Assembly: GCF_035285525.1 (NCBI RefSeq)
Contig: NZ_JAYKGW010000226.1
Location: 19,156 to 51,155 of the forward strand
Direction of reading: 5' to 3'
Source of the DNA: Okeania sp.
GTDB lineage: Bacteria > Cyanobacteriota > Cyanobacteriia > Cyanobacteriales > Microcoleaceae
Length of the DNA stretch: 32,000 nt
Of this stretch, positions 18,655-27,758 are shown piece by piece. The position numbers were made by a program, and so were the translations under genes. Each line of letters starts with the position of its first letter. Position 1 is the first letter of the stretch. Under the pieces are notes generated by a model that was not told the origin of the DNA, searched no databases, and saw only the letters and a program-made list of their open reading frames with translations.

Positions 18655-18747
18655 CCCTAAAAAACCGGGTTTATTGCCCTAATATTATATTGTTTTTCAA
18701 AGGATGAAATTTTGTTGATAAATCCGGTTTCTGCGTAAATACTGAAA
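18655..18747. repeat. Decayed type II MITE remnant between cbiG-cobJ and the secreted-protein gene
   Basis: gaaattttgttgataaatccggtttctgcgtaaatactg compares with gagattttgttgataaacccagtttctgggtaagtcctg at 27236-27275. Confidence 0.5.
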
Positions 18748-18749
18748 AT

Positions 18750-19220
18750 ATGAAAAAAAAGATGAACAAAATACTCAAACTAACATCAACAATACTAATT
18801 TTAACCGCTGGATTAGGAGTTGCTACTACAGTCAATTCTGCAAATAATTATTTACTTGCAGATAATTATCATAGTCATAAAAAATTAGAAATTCAACCAG
18901 GACAACCTGTTCCTAAAGTTGATTTATTAGTTTATCCAGATACCAAGAAAGGATGGAATTTAGAGTTGAAATTAACTAATTTTAAATTTGTTCCAGAAGC
19001 AGTTAATCAAAATAGTAACTATTATGAAGGTCATGCTCATTTGTATATAAACGACGAAAAAATAACTAGAATTTATGGTAATTGGTATTATATTAAAAAT
19101 TTAGAACCAGGAAAAAATAAAATTGCTGTTACTCTGAATACTAATAAACATGAAGATTTAGTTAGTAATGGTAAGATTATTATGGATACAGAAATAATCG
19201 AAGTTACAGCACAAAAATAG
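18750..19220 (+). CDS. Secreted hypothetical protein with EGHAHLY motif
   Basis: Signal-like N-terminus (ILKLTSTILILTAGLGVATTVNSA) and a beta-rich body with YYEGHAHLYINDEKI. I cannot assign a family with confidence. A hairpin plus T-run follows. Confidence 0.5.
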   Translation: MKKKMNKILKLTSTILILTAGLGVATTVNSANNYLLADNYHSHKKLEIQPGQPVPKVDLLVYPDTKKGWNLELKLTNFKFVPEAVNQNSNYYEGHAHLYINDEKITRIYGNWYYIKNLEPGKNKIAVTLNTNKHEDLVSNGKIIMDTEIIEVTAQK

Positions 19221-19233
19221 TAGAAAATTGTAG

Positions 19234-19303
19234 GGTGTGTGACGGCAGTTTCTTTTCAATTTTAGGGAAACTTATAAAATTTTGCCGTCACGCACCTTTT
19301 TTT
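19234..19303 (+). terminator. Putative intrinsic terminator after the 18750-19220 ORF
   Basis: A 14-bp stem, ggtgtgtgacggca (19234-19247) pairing with tgccgtcacgcacc (19283-19296, one G-U pair), followed by 7 T (19297-19303). The loop is unusually long at about 35 nt. Confidence 0.5.
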
Positions 19304-19735
19304 GAGATGGTAGATAATATAACGATGTGATTCATCAAGAGCGAAAAGCGCTGTAAAATATTTTCAACAGATAACCTAGAGGAAATAAGATCGGATAACA
19401 GAGTCGAAAAAATTTAACACTTATTTCCATCAAAATTGTAGTAAACTGTTTCAGATAAAATGATAAAATGTGTAATCTACTAGAAAATGAAAAAACCAAA
19501 AAAAAGTAGATATTAGCAGTAAACGTCTAATTGGAATTGACCCGACTCTTCCATAATGTTCGGTGAGTTACGCTTTCGCTGCGGAATGCTGCAAATTGAT
19601 GTCGCGTAGCGAAACGCTTTTCAGATCGGGCAGCGCAACCCAACAAAGCTTTATGGTTGTTGGTTTGAGGAACGAAACCCAACCTACAGTTAGTTTTTCC
19701 CAATCGCTCTAAAACTTCTGCTTTCTGCCTTACTT

Positions 19736-20152
19736 TCACTCCCCACTAATATGAATTACTAATTCTCGGCGATGACTACGTTGGCGATGTTCCCAAACAT
19801 AAATTCCTTGCCAAGTACCTAATACTAATCTGCCATTATTAATAGGAATTTGTTCAGAAGTATGGGTTAAAACACTGCGAATATGAGCTGGCATATCATC
19901 AGGTCCTTCTGCACTATGAATATAATGATAACCTTGTGGTACTAATTTAGAAATAAAGTTTTCTAAGTCAACTAAAACATCTGGGTCAGCATTTTCTTGA
20001 ATTATTAAACTAGCAGAAGTATGGCGTAAAAATAGATTACATAAACCTATTTTTATCCCTGACTTAGCTACAGCTTCCTCAACTTTAGAAGTGATTTTAG
20101 ACAAAGATTTACCAGTAGTATTAATTTGCAATAATTGTTGATATTGAGTCAT
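19736..20152 (-). CDS. YjbQ/UPF0047-family protein (secondary thiamine-phosphate synthase family)
   Basis: LCNLFLRHTSASLIIQENADPDV..DLE.F...VP....Y.H..EGPDDMPAHIRS.L...S..IPI..G.L.LGTWQGIY..EHR; length 138 aa. Confidence 0.8.
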   Translation of the reverse strand: MTQYQQLLQINTTGKSLSKITSKVEEAVAKSGIKIGLCNLFLRHTSASLIIQENADPDVLVDLENFISKLVPQGYHYIHSAEGPDDMPAHIRSVLTHTSEQIPINNGRLVLGTWQGIYVWEHRQRSHRRELVIHISGE

Positions 20153-20162
20153 TTTAGTTATT

Positions 20163-20217
20163 AGCTTTTTCAGTTATCAGCTTTTTCAGTTATCAGCTTT
20201 TTCAGTTATCAGTTATC
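20163..20217. repeat. Tandem 16-mer (agctttttcagttatc x3) plus heptamer agttatc
   Basis: Read directly. It starts 11 nt upstream of the yjbQ-family start codon. It belongs to the GTTATCA/CTGATAA heptamer class also seen at 6575-6598, 7470-7480, 8224-8240 and 16483-16500. Confidence 0.9.
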
Positions 20218-20279
20218 AGCAAGAAAAAAAAGACGAGGCATGAAATTTTATAGTCATCTAAAAATGACTTAAGCTATGA

Positions 20280-20306
20280 GCCAAGGATTAAAATCCTTGG
20301 CTTTTT
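20280..20306 (+). terminator. Orphan plus-strand intrinsic terminator
   Basis: gccaagga-ttaaaa-tccttggc followed by ttttt. Both flanking genes are on the minus strand. A second hairpin, agtcat-ctaaaa-atgact, lies just upstream at about 20253-20270. Confidence 0.55.
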
Positions 20307-20426
20307 CTGCCCCCAGTTACTTTTAACCTTTCTTCCTACTTTTGTAGAAGAAATTTAAGTTTTTTTATACTTTTAAGCTTTCCTCCTTCTTCCTTCCTCC
20401 TTCTTACTTCTTCCTTATTCCTGCTT

Positions 20427-22133
20427 TTAACGTAATGGTTTTAAAAATATGGGAATAGGTTGATCGTTATTCAGTGCTATGTGGTTAACTGTTGTCAGTT
20501 CAATATTTGCTTCCTCAAAAGCTTCTTTAATCATTACACCTAAAACTTTCTGGATAATTAAATGTTTTCCTGGCTTAACTTGTGTAATGACTTCTATTAA
20601 TAGTTGATTATGAGAAAACTCTTCTACTCCTTCTATTATTGTTGGTTCAAGTATGTCTTCCTGATACTTTTCTTGAAGCTGCTTACCAACTTTTTCTATA
20701 ATTTTATTGACTTGATTCATCTTAACTTGATAAGGAATTTTTAACATCACCACCGCATTGCTGAAACTAGAATGATTAACTATATCTTTAACATCACGAT
20801 TATGGATAATATAGTTTTTATCTTCATAATTAATCCGAGTAGTTCTTAACTCTATTCCTGTTACAAAACCACTAACACCATTTATCTCTACAAAATCTCC
20901 TACTAAGTAATAATTTTCAAACAAAATAAAGAAACCTGCGACTATATCTTCAACCAAACTTTGCGCTCCCATGCCAATTGTTAAACCTAAAATACCTGCA
21001 CCAGCTAAAATAGGGGTCGGATCCATTTCCATAGCATATAAAATTGCTATACCTGTACCAAAGTAAATCAGGTATTTAGTACAACTTTGAAATAAAGGTA
21101 AAAATGTTTCTCGCCTCTGCTTAGATACATCATCTGTATCATCTATATTTTCTTTATTTAAAAGTACCTCTTCTACTACAAGTTGACCAATTTCTTGAAC
21201 AACACGACTCATAAAAACAATCCCAATTATTTTCAAAAATAAAGGACCATAATGAGCTAACTTACCAAGAAAATCAATTTTTTCAATTGCTAAAGTAGCT
21301 GTAGTAATATAAATTGCATATTCAAGACATCGTTTAGCCAGAGGAACTAATATACTAAGGCGATCATAGATGCGTAAAATATTTCTTTGATCGGAATATT
21401 TCTTGCTCAGACCATTCAAAGTATCAACAACTGTTGTATTAGCTTTCGTCAGTAATAATCCGACAATAATAATCATATAAACTTGTAAACTTACATATAA
21501 ATATTTGATTATTACGGGTGGAAATACCATTATTTGAGCTGATACACCAGCATATAACAGCCAAATTATTTTATTAAAATTACTTCTGAAAAATTCAAAT
21601 AGATTTTCAATACTGGCATCATTTGCAGTGATTGTATCAACGTTTTTTGCTTTCTTTTTTGACCAGGTGAGAAATTGATTTATATATGGAATACTCCATT
21701 TAGTTAAAATTAGGATGCCTACGATTTTAAATATTCTAATTGTTAAAATTAACAAGTAATCAAAAGATATTTTTTTTATCAGAGAAGTTTGGAAGTCAAT
21801 TAAGTCTTTTCCCTGAAAAATAAGCCATCCATTAAATCCTATTGTTAATACACATAATAATAAGCAACTTATAATTAATAATATGTGAATATTTTGGTAG
21901 ATAATTTCAAGGTCTTTGTGCTTTTTTTCAAGTGATGGTAGTTTAATTAATTGTTTAGATGGTGCTTTGAATAATTGTTGAGATTGTGCTTTTAATAATT
22001 GTTCATATCCTTTGCCTACAGCAAATCTAATTCCGACAAATAGACATATTATAAATCCGACTTCAGCTACAGTTAAAATAATGCTGTTTAGATCGATTGT
22101 AATTAAGTTGTTGATATTAATGTTAGAGAACAT
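20427..22133 (-). CDS. MscS-family mechanosensitive channel with extended multi-TM N-terminus
   Basis: C-terminal core GLTIGMGAQSLVEDIVAGFFILFENYYLVGDFVEINGVSGFVTGIELRTTRI...IIHNRDV. Many hydrophobic segments lie upstream of it. Confidence 0.8.
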   Translation of the reverse strand: MFSNININNLITIDLNSIILTVAEVGFIICLFVGIRFAVGKGYEQLLKAQSQQLFKAPSKQLIKLPSLEKKHKDLEIIYQNIHILLIISCLLLCVLTIGFNGWLIFQGKDLIDFQTSLIKKISFDYLLILTIRIFKIVGILILTKWSIPYINQFLTWSKKKAKNVDTITANDASIENLFEFFRSNFNKIIWLLYAGVSAQIMVFPPVIIKYLYVSLQVYMIIIVGLLLTKANTTVVDTLNGLSKKYSDQRNILRIYDRLSILVPLAKRCLEYAIYITTATLAIEKIDFLGKLAHYGPLFLKIIGIVFMSRVVQEIGQLVVEEVLLNKENIDDTDDVSKQRRETFLPLFQSCTKYLIYFGTGIAILYAMEMDPTPILAGAGILGLTIGMGAQSLVEDIVAGFFILFENYYLVGDFVEINGVSGFVTGIELRTTRINYEDKNYIIHNRDVKDIVNHSSFSNAVVMLKIPYQVKMNQVNKIIEKVGKQLQEKYQEDILEPTIIEGVEEFSHNQLLIEVITQVKPGKHLIIQKVLGVMIKEAFEEANIELTTVNHIALNNDQPIPIFLKPLR

Positions 22134-22143
22134 AATTAATAAA

Positions 22144-22178
22144 TAATGGATAATGGATAATGGATAATGGATAATTGA
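22144..22178. repeat. Heptamer tandem repeat taatgga x4 plus a degenerate copy
   Basis: Read directly. It starts 11 nt upstream of the MscS start codon. Confidence 0.9.
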
Positions 22179-22482
22179 TAATTATAGAGTTATGCCATTT
22201 ATCTGTAACAATGCACTTAATAACTTTTACCAAAACTAGAATTTTATTGATATTTTCTATCTTTTATTACAGCAATTTTGAGGATAAGTGATGTACACTT
22301 ATCTGTAGCACAGCCTTCTAGGCTGTAACCAGCAGGAACCTTGAACTGTAAAAATTAAGAACAGACTTCCAGTCTTTAACAAATAATCAGGTACCTCACT
22401 AATTCCGAAATTACTGTAAGTACAAGTTCGTGGATAAATAGTTTTCTTTAGTTTTCTAGAGATTTCCAGAACTCTTTCATTA

Positions 22483-23595
22483 TTAATTATTAATTATTAA
22501 TTCTTCTACGACAGCTTTAGCGATCGCTTCACTGCCTTTTTTATCTAGTTTTTCAGATTTACGGGGGACTTGGAGGGGTTGTCTGAGAAACTCCCAGTCA
22601 CTATCAAAAAACTCTTGAGGAGGTAATATTTGATGATAACTATAATCTTGAATCCCTGCTAATAATAATTTTGATTCGGCAAAACCTTCTCTGATTAATG
22701 AGACAATAGGTGTTTCTAAACGTAAAGCTTCAGCAAAGGTACTATATCCTGGTTTAGAAATAATTCTGCCACAAATAGGCATTAAATCTACAGGGCGAAT
22801 ATGTGGTAAATTTATATCTATTTTTTCAGCTTCTTTTCTGACATTTATTAGATTAGGAAGTTCAGGAGTATTATTATCAAATGTCAGAAATTGCCAGTCA
22901 GGAAAACGAGCCAGATTTTGATAAGGAATTTGGTCTAAACCTAAACCACCAAAAGTCAGTAAAATAGTTTTTTCTTGATCTGTATTAATATTAAATTTGG
23001 CTTTAATTTCTTCTGGTTGATAACGTGGAGTTCCTCCAGTTAAACCCACATCTAAAATATTAGGAAAAGCTCCCATCGGTTCGTGAAGTGGAAGACGAAA
23101 TAAACGATTACATTTACTAAAACATTCTCCTATCCAATCAGCAATTTCGAGAAATTCACCACCCCAAGGACGATAAATAAAATCCCAACCAAAATTACCC
23201 AACATCCAACCAGGAATATCAGCAACTTGAGCAATTTTAGCAGCAATAGGTGGAATATCTGCTAATAATAAATCTACTTGATTTTGTTTAATAAAATTTA
23301 CTTCTCCCGCAATAATTGACCTTTCTTTCTCTCGAATTTCTTGCACTTTTTCCAGGGTTGTTTTCTTATCCATAGTGATACTATCTGATTGAATTACCCC
23401 CACATCAAAAGCACGGGGACGATAAATAAAATCACCATCAATATAAGATTCTAATAACCAACGGGGAGCAGTTGTCACCATAATTAATAAGACATCTGGG
23501 CACATTTTTTGCACCAAATTAGCCACAGATGATATGCGCACCGCATGACCAAATCCATGATTAGTAATAGCAAGATATAAAGTAGGTCGAGACAT
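22483..23595 (-). CDS. Glycosyltransferase (GT-B, MGT/GT28-like)
   Basis: N-terminus LYLAITNHGFGHAVR and C-terminus ISKPGYSTFAEAL resemble UDP-glycosyltransferase/MurG-like GT-B proteins. The substrate is unknown. Confidence 0.55.
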   Translation of the reverse strand: MSRPTLYLAITNHGFGHAVRISSVANLVQKMCPDVLLIMVTTAPRWLLESYIDGDFIYRPRAFDVGVIQSDSITMDKKTTLEKVQEIREKERSIIAGEVNFIKQNQVDLLLADIPPIAAKIAQVADIPGWMLGNFGWDFIYRPWGGEFLEIADWIGECFSKCNRLFRLPLHEPMGAFPNILDVGLTGGTPRYQPEEIKAKFNINTDQEKTILLTFGGLGLDQIPYQNLARFPDWQFLTFDNNTPELPNLINVRKEAEKIDINLPHIRPVDLMPICGRIISKPGYSTFAEALRLETPIVSLIREGFAESKLLLAGIQDYSYHQILPPQEFFDSDWEFLRQPLQVPRKSEKLDKKGSEAIAKAVVEELIINN

Positions 23596-23906
23596 AGATT
23601 TTTTTTTCTCTTTTGAAAAAGTAATATTACGCTTTTCAAGTTAATTTTTAAAGTAAACATTAATTTTCAGCATTTAGCTTCTCAAAAAATTATAGTAGTT
23701 ATCTAATCTATGGAAGTACAATTTTCGATCTCCCCCGCCACCCTTAAAAAGCGGGAGAAGCTCTCAAAGCCCCCCTTAAAAAGCTGTCCCTTATAACGAA
23801 CTCCTGAAACCCTTTTGATGGGGGGTGGGGATATAGGGAGGTCGGGGGAGAAAAGCCTCTAATTAAGTACTTTTACTCTCCCGAAATACCCATTGAATGA
23901 CAAACT

Positions 23907-23986
23907 CATAACTTCTCTCTTTTGTCAAATTTTATGTTAAGAAAGATGTTTATAAAGCATAGCTTAAAAAGGGGAATTTAGGGGGA
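23907..23986. repeat. Leader module with zero G/C-hairpin units
   Basis: cataacttctctcttttgtcaaattttatgttaagaaagatgtttataaagcatagcttaaaaaggggaatttagggggat. It has the same 5' module and the same terminal atttaggggga as 11989-12232, but no internal units. Confidence 0.8.
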
Positions 23987-24523
23987 TCGTATATACAACT
24001 AATAGCTGACAGATAAATGCTTACCCTGAGTTAGATAGTATAGGTCTAATTATACTGGGACTAGGAAGAAAAAATATTAATGTTTACTATAAACAGTACA
24101 AATTTGTGTTAGTGTTTTAACCTTAAATAAGTATTGTCATAAATTAACTTTCGCCAAACTATATTCTCAGCAAAAAAACTTTGCCAAGTCCAAGTAGAAA
24201 TAATCCCTTTTACTAAACTATTTATTATAACTAATTTCAGGATATTTGATTATTATTATTTTATTAAATTTTGCTATAACGGATGGGTGATACTTATTTA
24301 CTAATTCCTTTTGCTTTTGTGATTTTTTATCTAGCAAATTAGGGTGAAAAAAAATCAGAAAAAATTTTATCTTCATTTAAGTAGTTTTTTAGGAGTATTG
24401 ACTTAAAGCACTTTTCACTCTCGATGAACTACATCGCCATAACCAAAATACAGTAGGGACGCCCTTATGCAATGTCCCTACTGTGGTTTACCGATCTAAA
24501 AACCGCTGTAATCAAAGAATATG

Positions 24524-24590
24524 GTAGGGGCGGGTTTTCACCAGAATTTTCATGGCTACTCTCAAATTTAGATAAACCCGCCCCCATATA
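24524..24590. repeat. Small hairpin element (gtaggggcgggttt...aaacccgcccc), uninterrupted copy
   Basis: It contains ..ttttcaccagaattttcatgg.. with cagaa at 24542-24546. This is the empty-site counterpart of 24957-25133. Confidence 0.8.
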
Positions 24591-24657
24591 CACCCAAATG
24601 AACTGACACATATAAAATATAGCAATGTGCGCACTTAATCTTTACAAATTGCAGGAG

Positions 24658-24890
24658 CTGTCCAATAGACATCTCCAGAAAAGAGGGAACAGGGAACACT
24701 AGATATGTGGGAACAGGGAAGAAGAATTGATAATTTATAGATATAGCAGGGAACACTAGATATGTGGGAACAGGGAACAGGTGGAAAAGTCTTTCCGTGG
24801 TCTTTGATTCATCATCAGTCCATGTCCTAATCGCCTTGTCTGTTGCTATAATAATTGATTTTACTTTTTATTTTTGGACCTGTCCAATAG
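24658..24890. repeat. Inverted-repeat element related to 842-952, flanked by direct repeat ctgtccaatag
   Basis: ctgtccaatag occurs at 24658-24668 and 24880-24890. The interior starts acatctccagaaaag and ends tttatttttggac, with an internal duplication of gggaacactagatatgtgggaacagggaa. Confidence 0.6.
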
Positions 24891-24956
24891 CTAAAAGCCT
24901 TATATTATTGGCCATTCATTCTCCCTGTTCCCTGCGCGCAGCGCTATAGTACAATA

Positions 24957-25133
24957 GTAGGGGCAGATTTTCACCAGAACAGGACTTACGCAGAAACTGG
25001 GCTTATCAACAAAATCTGGTGATTTGAACTGAACCCAGAAACCCGCTTTCTCGCAGAAAGCGGGTTCCTCCCGTGTAAGTCCTACAGAATTTTTATGGTT
25101 ACTCTCATTCCTTAGATAAACTTGCCCCCATAC
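24957..25133. repeat. Same hairpin element as 24524-24590, interrupted by a MITE
   Basis: gtaggggcagattttcaccagaa[105-bp MITE]cagaatttttatggttactctcattccttagataaacttgccccca. Confidence 0.85.
24980..25084. mobile_element. MITE, CAGGACTTACGC-TIR family, type II core (105 bp), nested insertion
   Basis: TIRs caggacttacgc / cgtgtaagtccta. Internal 12-bp perfect hairpin aacccgctttct/agaaagcgggtt. TSD cagaa (24975-24979 and 25085-25089). Confidence 0.9.
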
Positions 25134-25144
25134 CCAACCTAAAT

Positions 25145-26638
25145 CTATACTAAACCATACTTATTGCTCAAACTATCTCTTGCCTGCTCCCGGTCATCAA
25201 AATGAATTTTTTCTGTACCCAGAATTTGATAATCTTCGTGACCTTTTCCAGCTATCAAAACCCCATCTCCAGACTTAGCTTCCATAATAGCAGTTTGAAT
25301 AGCTGCAGCGCGATCGCCTATTACTAAAGGCTTAATTTCTGGGGATATTCCCTCTAAAATATCCTGTAAAATTTTTTCTGGGTTTTCAGTTCGGGGATTA
25401 TCAGAAGTCACCACAGCTAAATCTGATAACTCAGCAGCAATTTTACCCATTTTTGGTCGCTTGGTGCGGTCGCGATCGCCTCCACAACCGAATACACAAA
25501 TCATTCGACCAGGAATAAAAGGTCGTGCTGCTTTTAATAAATTTTCTAAACTATCAGGAGTATGAGCATAATCAACAATTACACTTACATCTTGCTTTTC
25601 AGAAATTTGTACCTTTTCCATCCGACCGGGTACACCAGGAAATTCTGATAACTGAGCAACCACCATTGCCAAATCTAAATCCAAATGCAAAGCTGTTCCC
25701 ACCGCAGCTAACATATTAGATAAATTGTATTGCCCTACCAATGGTAAACTAAAAGGAATCTCACCCTTCGGAGTATGCAAAATTCCCTGAACTCCTGTGG
25801 GTTGGTATTCTAAATCTGATGCCCAGAAATCAGCAGAAGAATCATTAGTGCTATAACTCCAAACCTTTTCTGACTCTAATCTGGCAATTAACTTTTTACC
25901 GTAAGCATCATCTGTATTAACGATCGCTCGACCTTTCAGATAGTCTGAACTAAACAACAACGCTTTTGCTTCAAAATAATCATCCATGTCTTGATGATAG
26001 TCAAGATGGTCTTGAGTCAAATTTGTAAATACCGCCACTTCATAAGTGCAACCCCAAACTCGTTTTTGATGCAGAGAATGGGAACTAACTTCCATAATGC
26101 CATATTCACTACCTGCTGCTACTGCTTGCGCCAATTGATTTTGCAACTCTACTGGGAAAGGTGTGGTAAAAGCTGCTACTTGATCAAATCCAGGCCAACG
26201 TGCATAAAGAGTACCGAATAAAGCGGTAGGTAGTTGAGCATTATTGAGGAGAAATTCGACTATGTGGGTGGTAGTGGTTTTGCCGTTCGTACCAGTAATG
26301 CCTACCATTTTCATTTTTTGCCCAGGATAATCATAGAATGCAGCAGCAATTTCTGGGCAAATTTGACTCATGTCTGCAACTGCAATTACACACTCATTTT
26401 GAGGTGGATGTTTTGTAGCTGCCGAATCAGAAACTAAAGCTGCTATTGCCCCATTAGCGATCGCGCTCTCCCAGAAGTCTCCTCCATCAACGCGATTACC
26501 TGGTATTCCTATAAATAAATCCCCTGGTTGGCAAGTACGAGAGTTTGTAGCTAAACCTGTAACTTCTGTTTCTAAAGCTTTGTGATTATTTGTCAGTGAG
26601 ATGCTGGGAACTTTGGCTAATAATTCTCTCAATTTCAT
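25145..26638 (-). CDS. murE: UDP-N-acetylmuramoyl-L-alanyl-D-glutamate--2,6-diaminopimelate ligase
   Basis: MKLRELLAKV...VGITGTNGKTTTTH...TNLTQDHLDYH...DYAHTPDSLENLL...CVFGCGGDRDRTKRP.MG...DNPRTE. The ATG at 26638 is preferred over the track start at 26722. Confidence 0.9.
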   Translation of the reverse strand: MKLRELLAKVPSISLTNNHKALETEVTGLATNSRTCQPGDLFIGIPGNRVDGGDFWESAIANGAIAALVSDSAATKHPPQNECVIAVADMSQICPEIAAAFYDYPGQKMKMVGITGTNGKTTTTHIVEFLLNNAQLPTALFGTLYARWPGFDQVAAFTTPFPVELQNQLAQAVAAGSEYGIMEVSSHSLHQKRVWGCTYEVAVFTNLTQDHLDYHQDMDDYFEAKALLFSSDYLKGRAIVNTDDAYGKKLIARLESEKVWSYSTNDSSADFWASDLEYQPTGVQGILHTPKGEIPFSLPLVGQYNLSNMLAAVGTALHLDLDLAMVVAQLSEFPGVPGRMEKVQISEKQDVSVIVDYAHTPDSLENLLKAARPFIPGRMICVFGCGGDRDRTKRPKMGKIAAELSDLAVVTSDNPRTENPEKILQDILEGISPEIKPLVIGDRAAAIQTAIMEAKSGDGVLIAGKGHEDYQILGTEKIHFDDREQARDSLSNKYGLV

Positions 26639-26734
26639 ATTAGAAACTCCGATAATTTTTTTTGTAATTTTAAGGGTATTTTGGATTTTTTGGCAAAAAA
26701 AAAAGAAAGAAGGAATGTCCAAAAGGAGTGAATA

Positions 26735-26840
26735 TCAGGACTAAAGCCACGGGAACCCAGAAACCCGGTAGGAGGGTGGATATTTATTGTTAAAAACAAT
26801 GATTTACCTTAGAAACCGGGTTCCTCCCGTGTAAGTCCTG
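26735..26840. mobile_element. MITE, type II core (106 bp), about 100 bp upstream of murE
   Basis: caggactaaagcc...cgtgtaagtcctg; TSD aatat (26730-26734 and 26841-26845). Confidence 0.85.
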
Positions 26841-26961
26841 AATATAAAATTACAACATCAAAAATAACTTTTATTATAATTCATTGTTGGTAAAAGTTTT
26901 GTTGTTAATTTTACTAAAGAAGGAATAATTCTAGCGATCGCTTAAATAGGATTGCTATATG

Positions 26962-27090
26962 ATATCAAATCTGCTAGTATCGTTACAATTGAATGCCGTA
27001 GGGGTTTGGTCTCCAAACCCTATACCAACTAGCAATTTTCTCCAATACTGGTAGTAAAACCTTATTTTCCAAAGCAAAAAGATTTGATAT
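26962..27090. mobile_element. MITE-like element with atatcaaatc / gatttgatat TIRs (129 bp)
   Basis: 10-bp perfect TIRs. The interior is the reverse complement of the 2757-2898 copy. Confidence 0.7.
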
Positions 27091-27170
27091 GACCACTTTT
27101 ATTCCACAAAACTATTCGTAAGCATTCAGTCCTCAGCTATTAGCAATTGCTTTAGTTTTATTAAACCAAA

Positions 27171-27275
27171 TAGGACTTAGGCAAAGAAACCCGGTACGAG
27201 CCTAGAAACCGCGTTTCTGGGTTCAGTTCAAACCATGAGATTTTGTTGATAAACCCAGTTTCTGGGTAAGTCCTG
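27171..27275. mobile_element. MITE, type II core (105 bp)
   Basis: taggacttaggc...ctgggtaagtcctg; TSD ccaaa (27166-27170 and 27276-27280). The core is inverted relative to 24980-25084. Confidence 0.85.
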
Positions 27276-27361
27276 CCAAATTTAACTTTGGCAACAAAAG
27301 GAAACTTCTATTCCTAATAGCTGAATGTTGACAACTCTTCAATTCTCCAGTCTGCAAATTG

Positions 27362-27758
27362 TTAACCAGGAACTCTTTCAAAATCTCTGCTATTTCGAGT
27401 TAATAGAATGCCATTCTGAGAAATTACAATAGCAGCAATTCGTAAATCCAGAGTGCCAATCCGAATTTTTTGACTAACTAAATGTCTATAACAAATATAA
27501 GCTTTTTCATCAAAATCAAGCAAATTTACACTTAAAAAATAATTTAAAGTTGTCTTCAAATTTGTATAAGCTGCTATTAGTTTTGCTGCTGAATTTGATC
27601 TTCTAATTCAATTGAGTCGTCCATAAAATTGTTCCTTTGCAGTAATATATAGTTACAGCAATTTCATCATAATTAACGGCATTAATACGCCGTGTAAGAA
27701 TTGGATGTCTCTGTTGAAATAGAGAGACATGATCGGTATCCAGTACCCACAAACTCAC
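27362..27758 (-). pseudogene. vapC: VapC (PIN) toxin gene with a frameshift and an in-frame TGA
   Basis: A GTG at 27758 overlaps the antitoxin stop, giving VSLWVLDTDHVSLFQQRHPILTRRINAVNYDEIAVTI. The frame is lost in the atatat run at about 27641-27650. The +1 frame continues ITAKEQFYGRLN*IRRSNSAAKLIAAYTNLKTTLNYF... into track ORF 27362-27559 (..QNGILLTRNSRDFERVPG). The TGA is at 27608-27610. Confidence 0.7.

Noticed and set aside
18554-18749. Cobalamin riboswitch upstream of cbiG-cobJ
   Set aside because: I could not find a B12-box-like element. The spacer is AT-rich and largely a decayed MITE remnant. An Infernal scan would settle it.
19527-19739. 70-aa ORF (..LGFVPQTNN..)
   Set aside because: It is the translation of the aacccaac/gttgggtt repeat family, which produces LGFVPQ-type peptides.
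24108-24376. Possible gene remnant on the minus strand: a 52-codon ORF MKIKFFLIFFHPNLLDKKSQKQKELVNKYHPSVIAKF... (24218-24376), then a +1-frame continuation ..LVKGIISTWTWQSFFAENIVWRKLIYDNTYLRLKH
   Set aside because: It has no recognisable family, is very AT-rich and falls below the track threshold. A tblastn/HMM search would be needed before calling it a pseudogene.
24568-24949. ORFs 24568-24756(-) and 24764-24949(+)
   Set aside because: Both lie in the inverted-repeat element at 24658-24890 and its neighbouring repeats (gggaaca heptamers) and resemble no known family.
25525-26437. Track ORFs 25525-25719, 25991-26221 and 26234-26437 (+), antisense to murE
   Set aside because: They lie wholly inside a confidently identified murE on the opposite strand and have no recognisable motifs.
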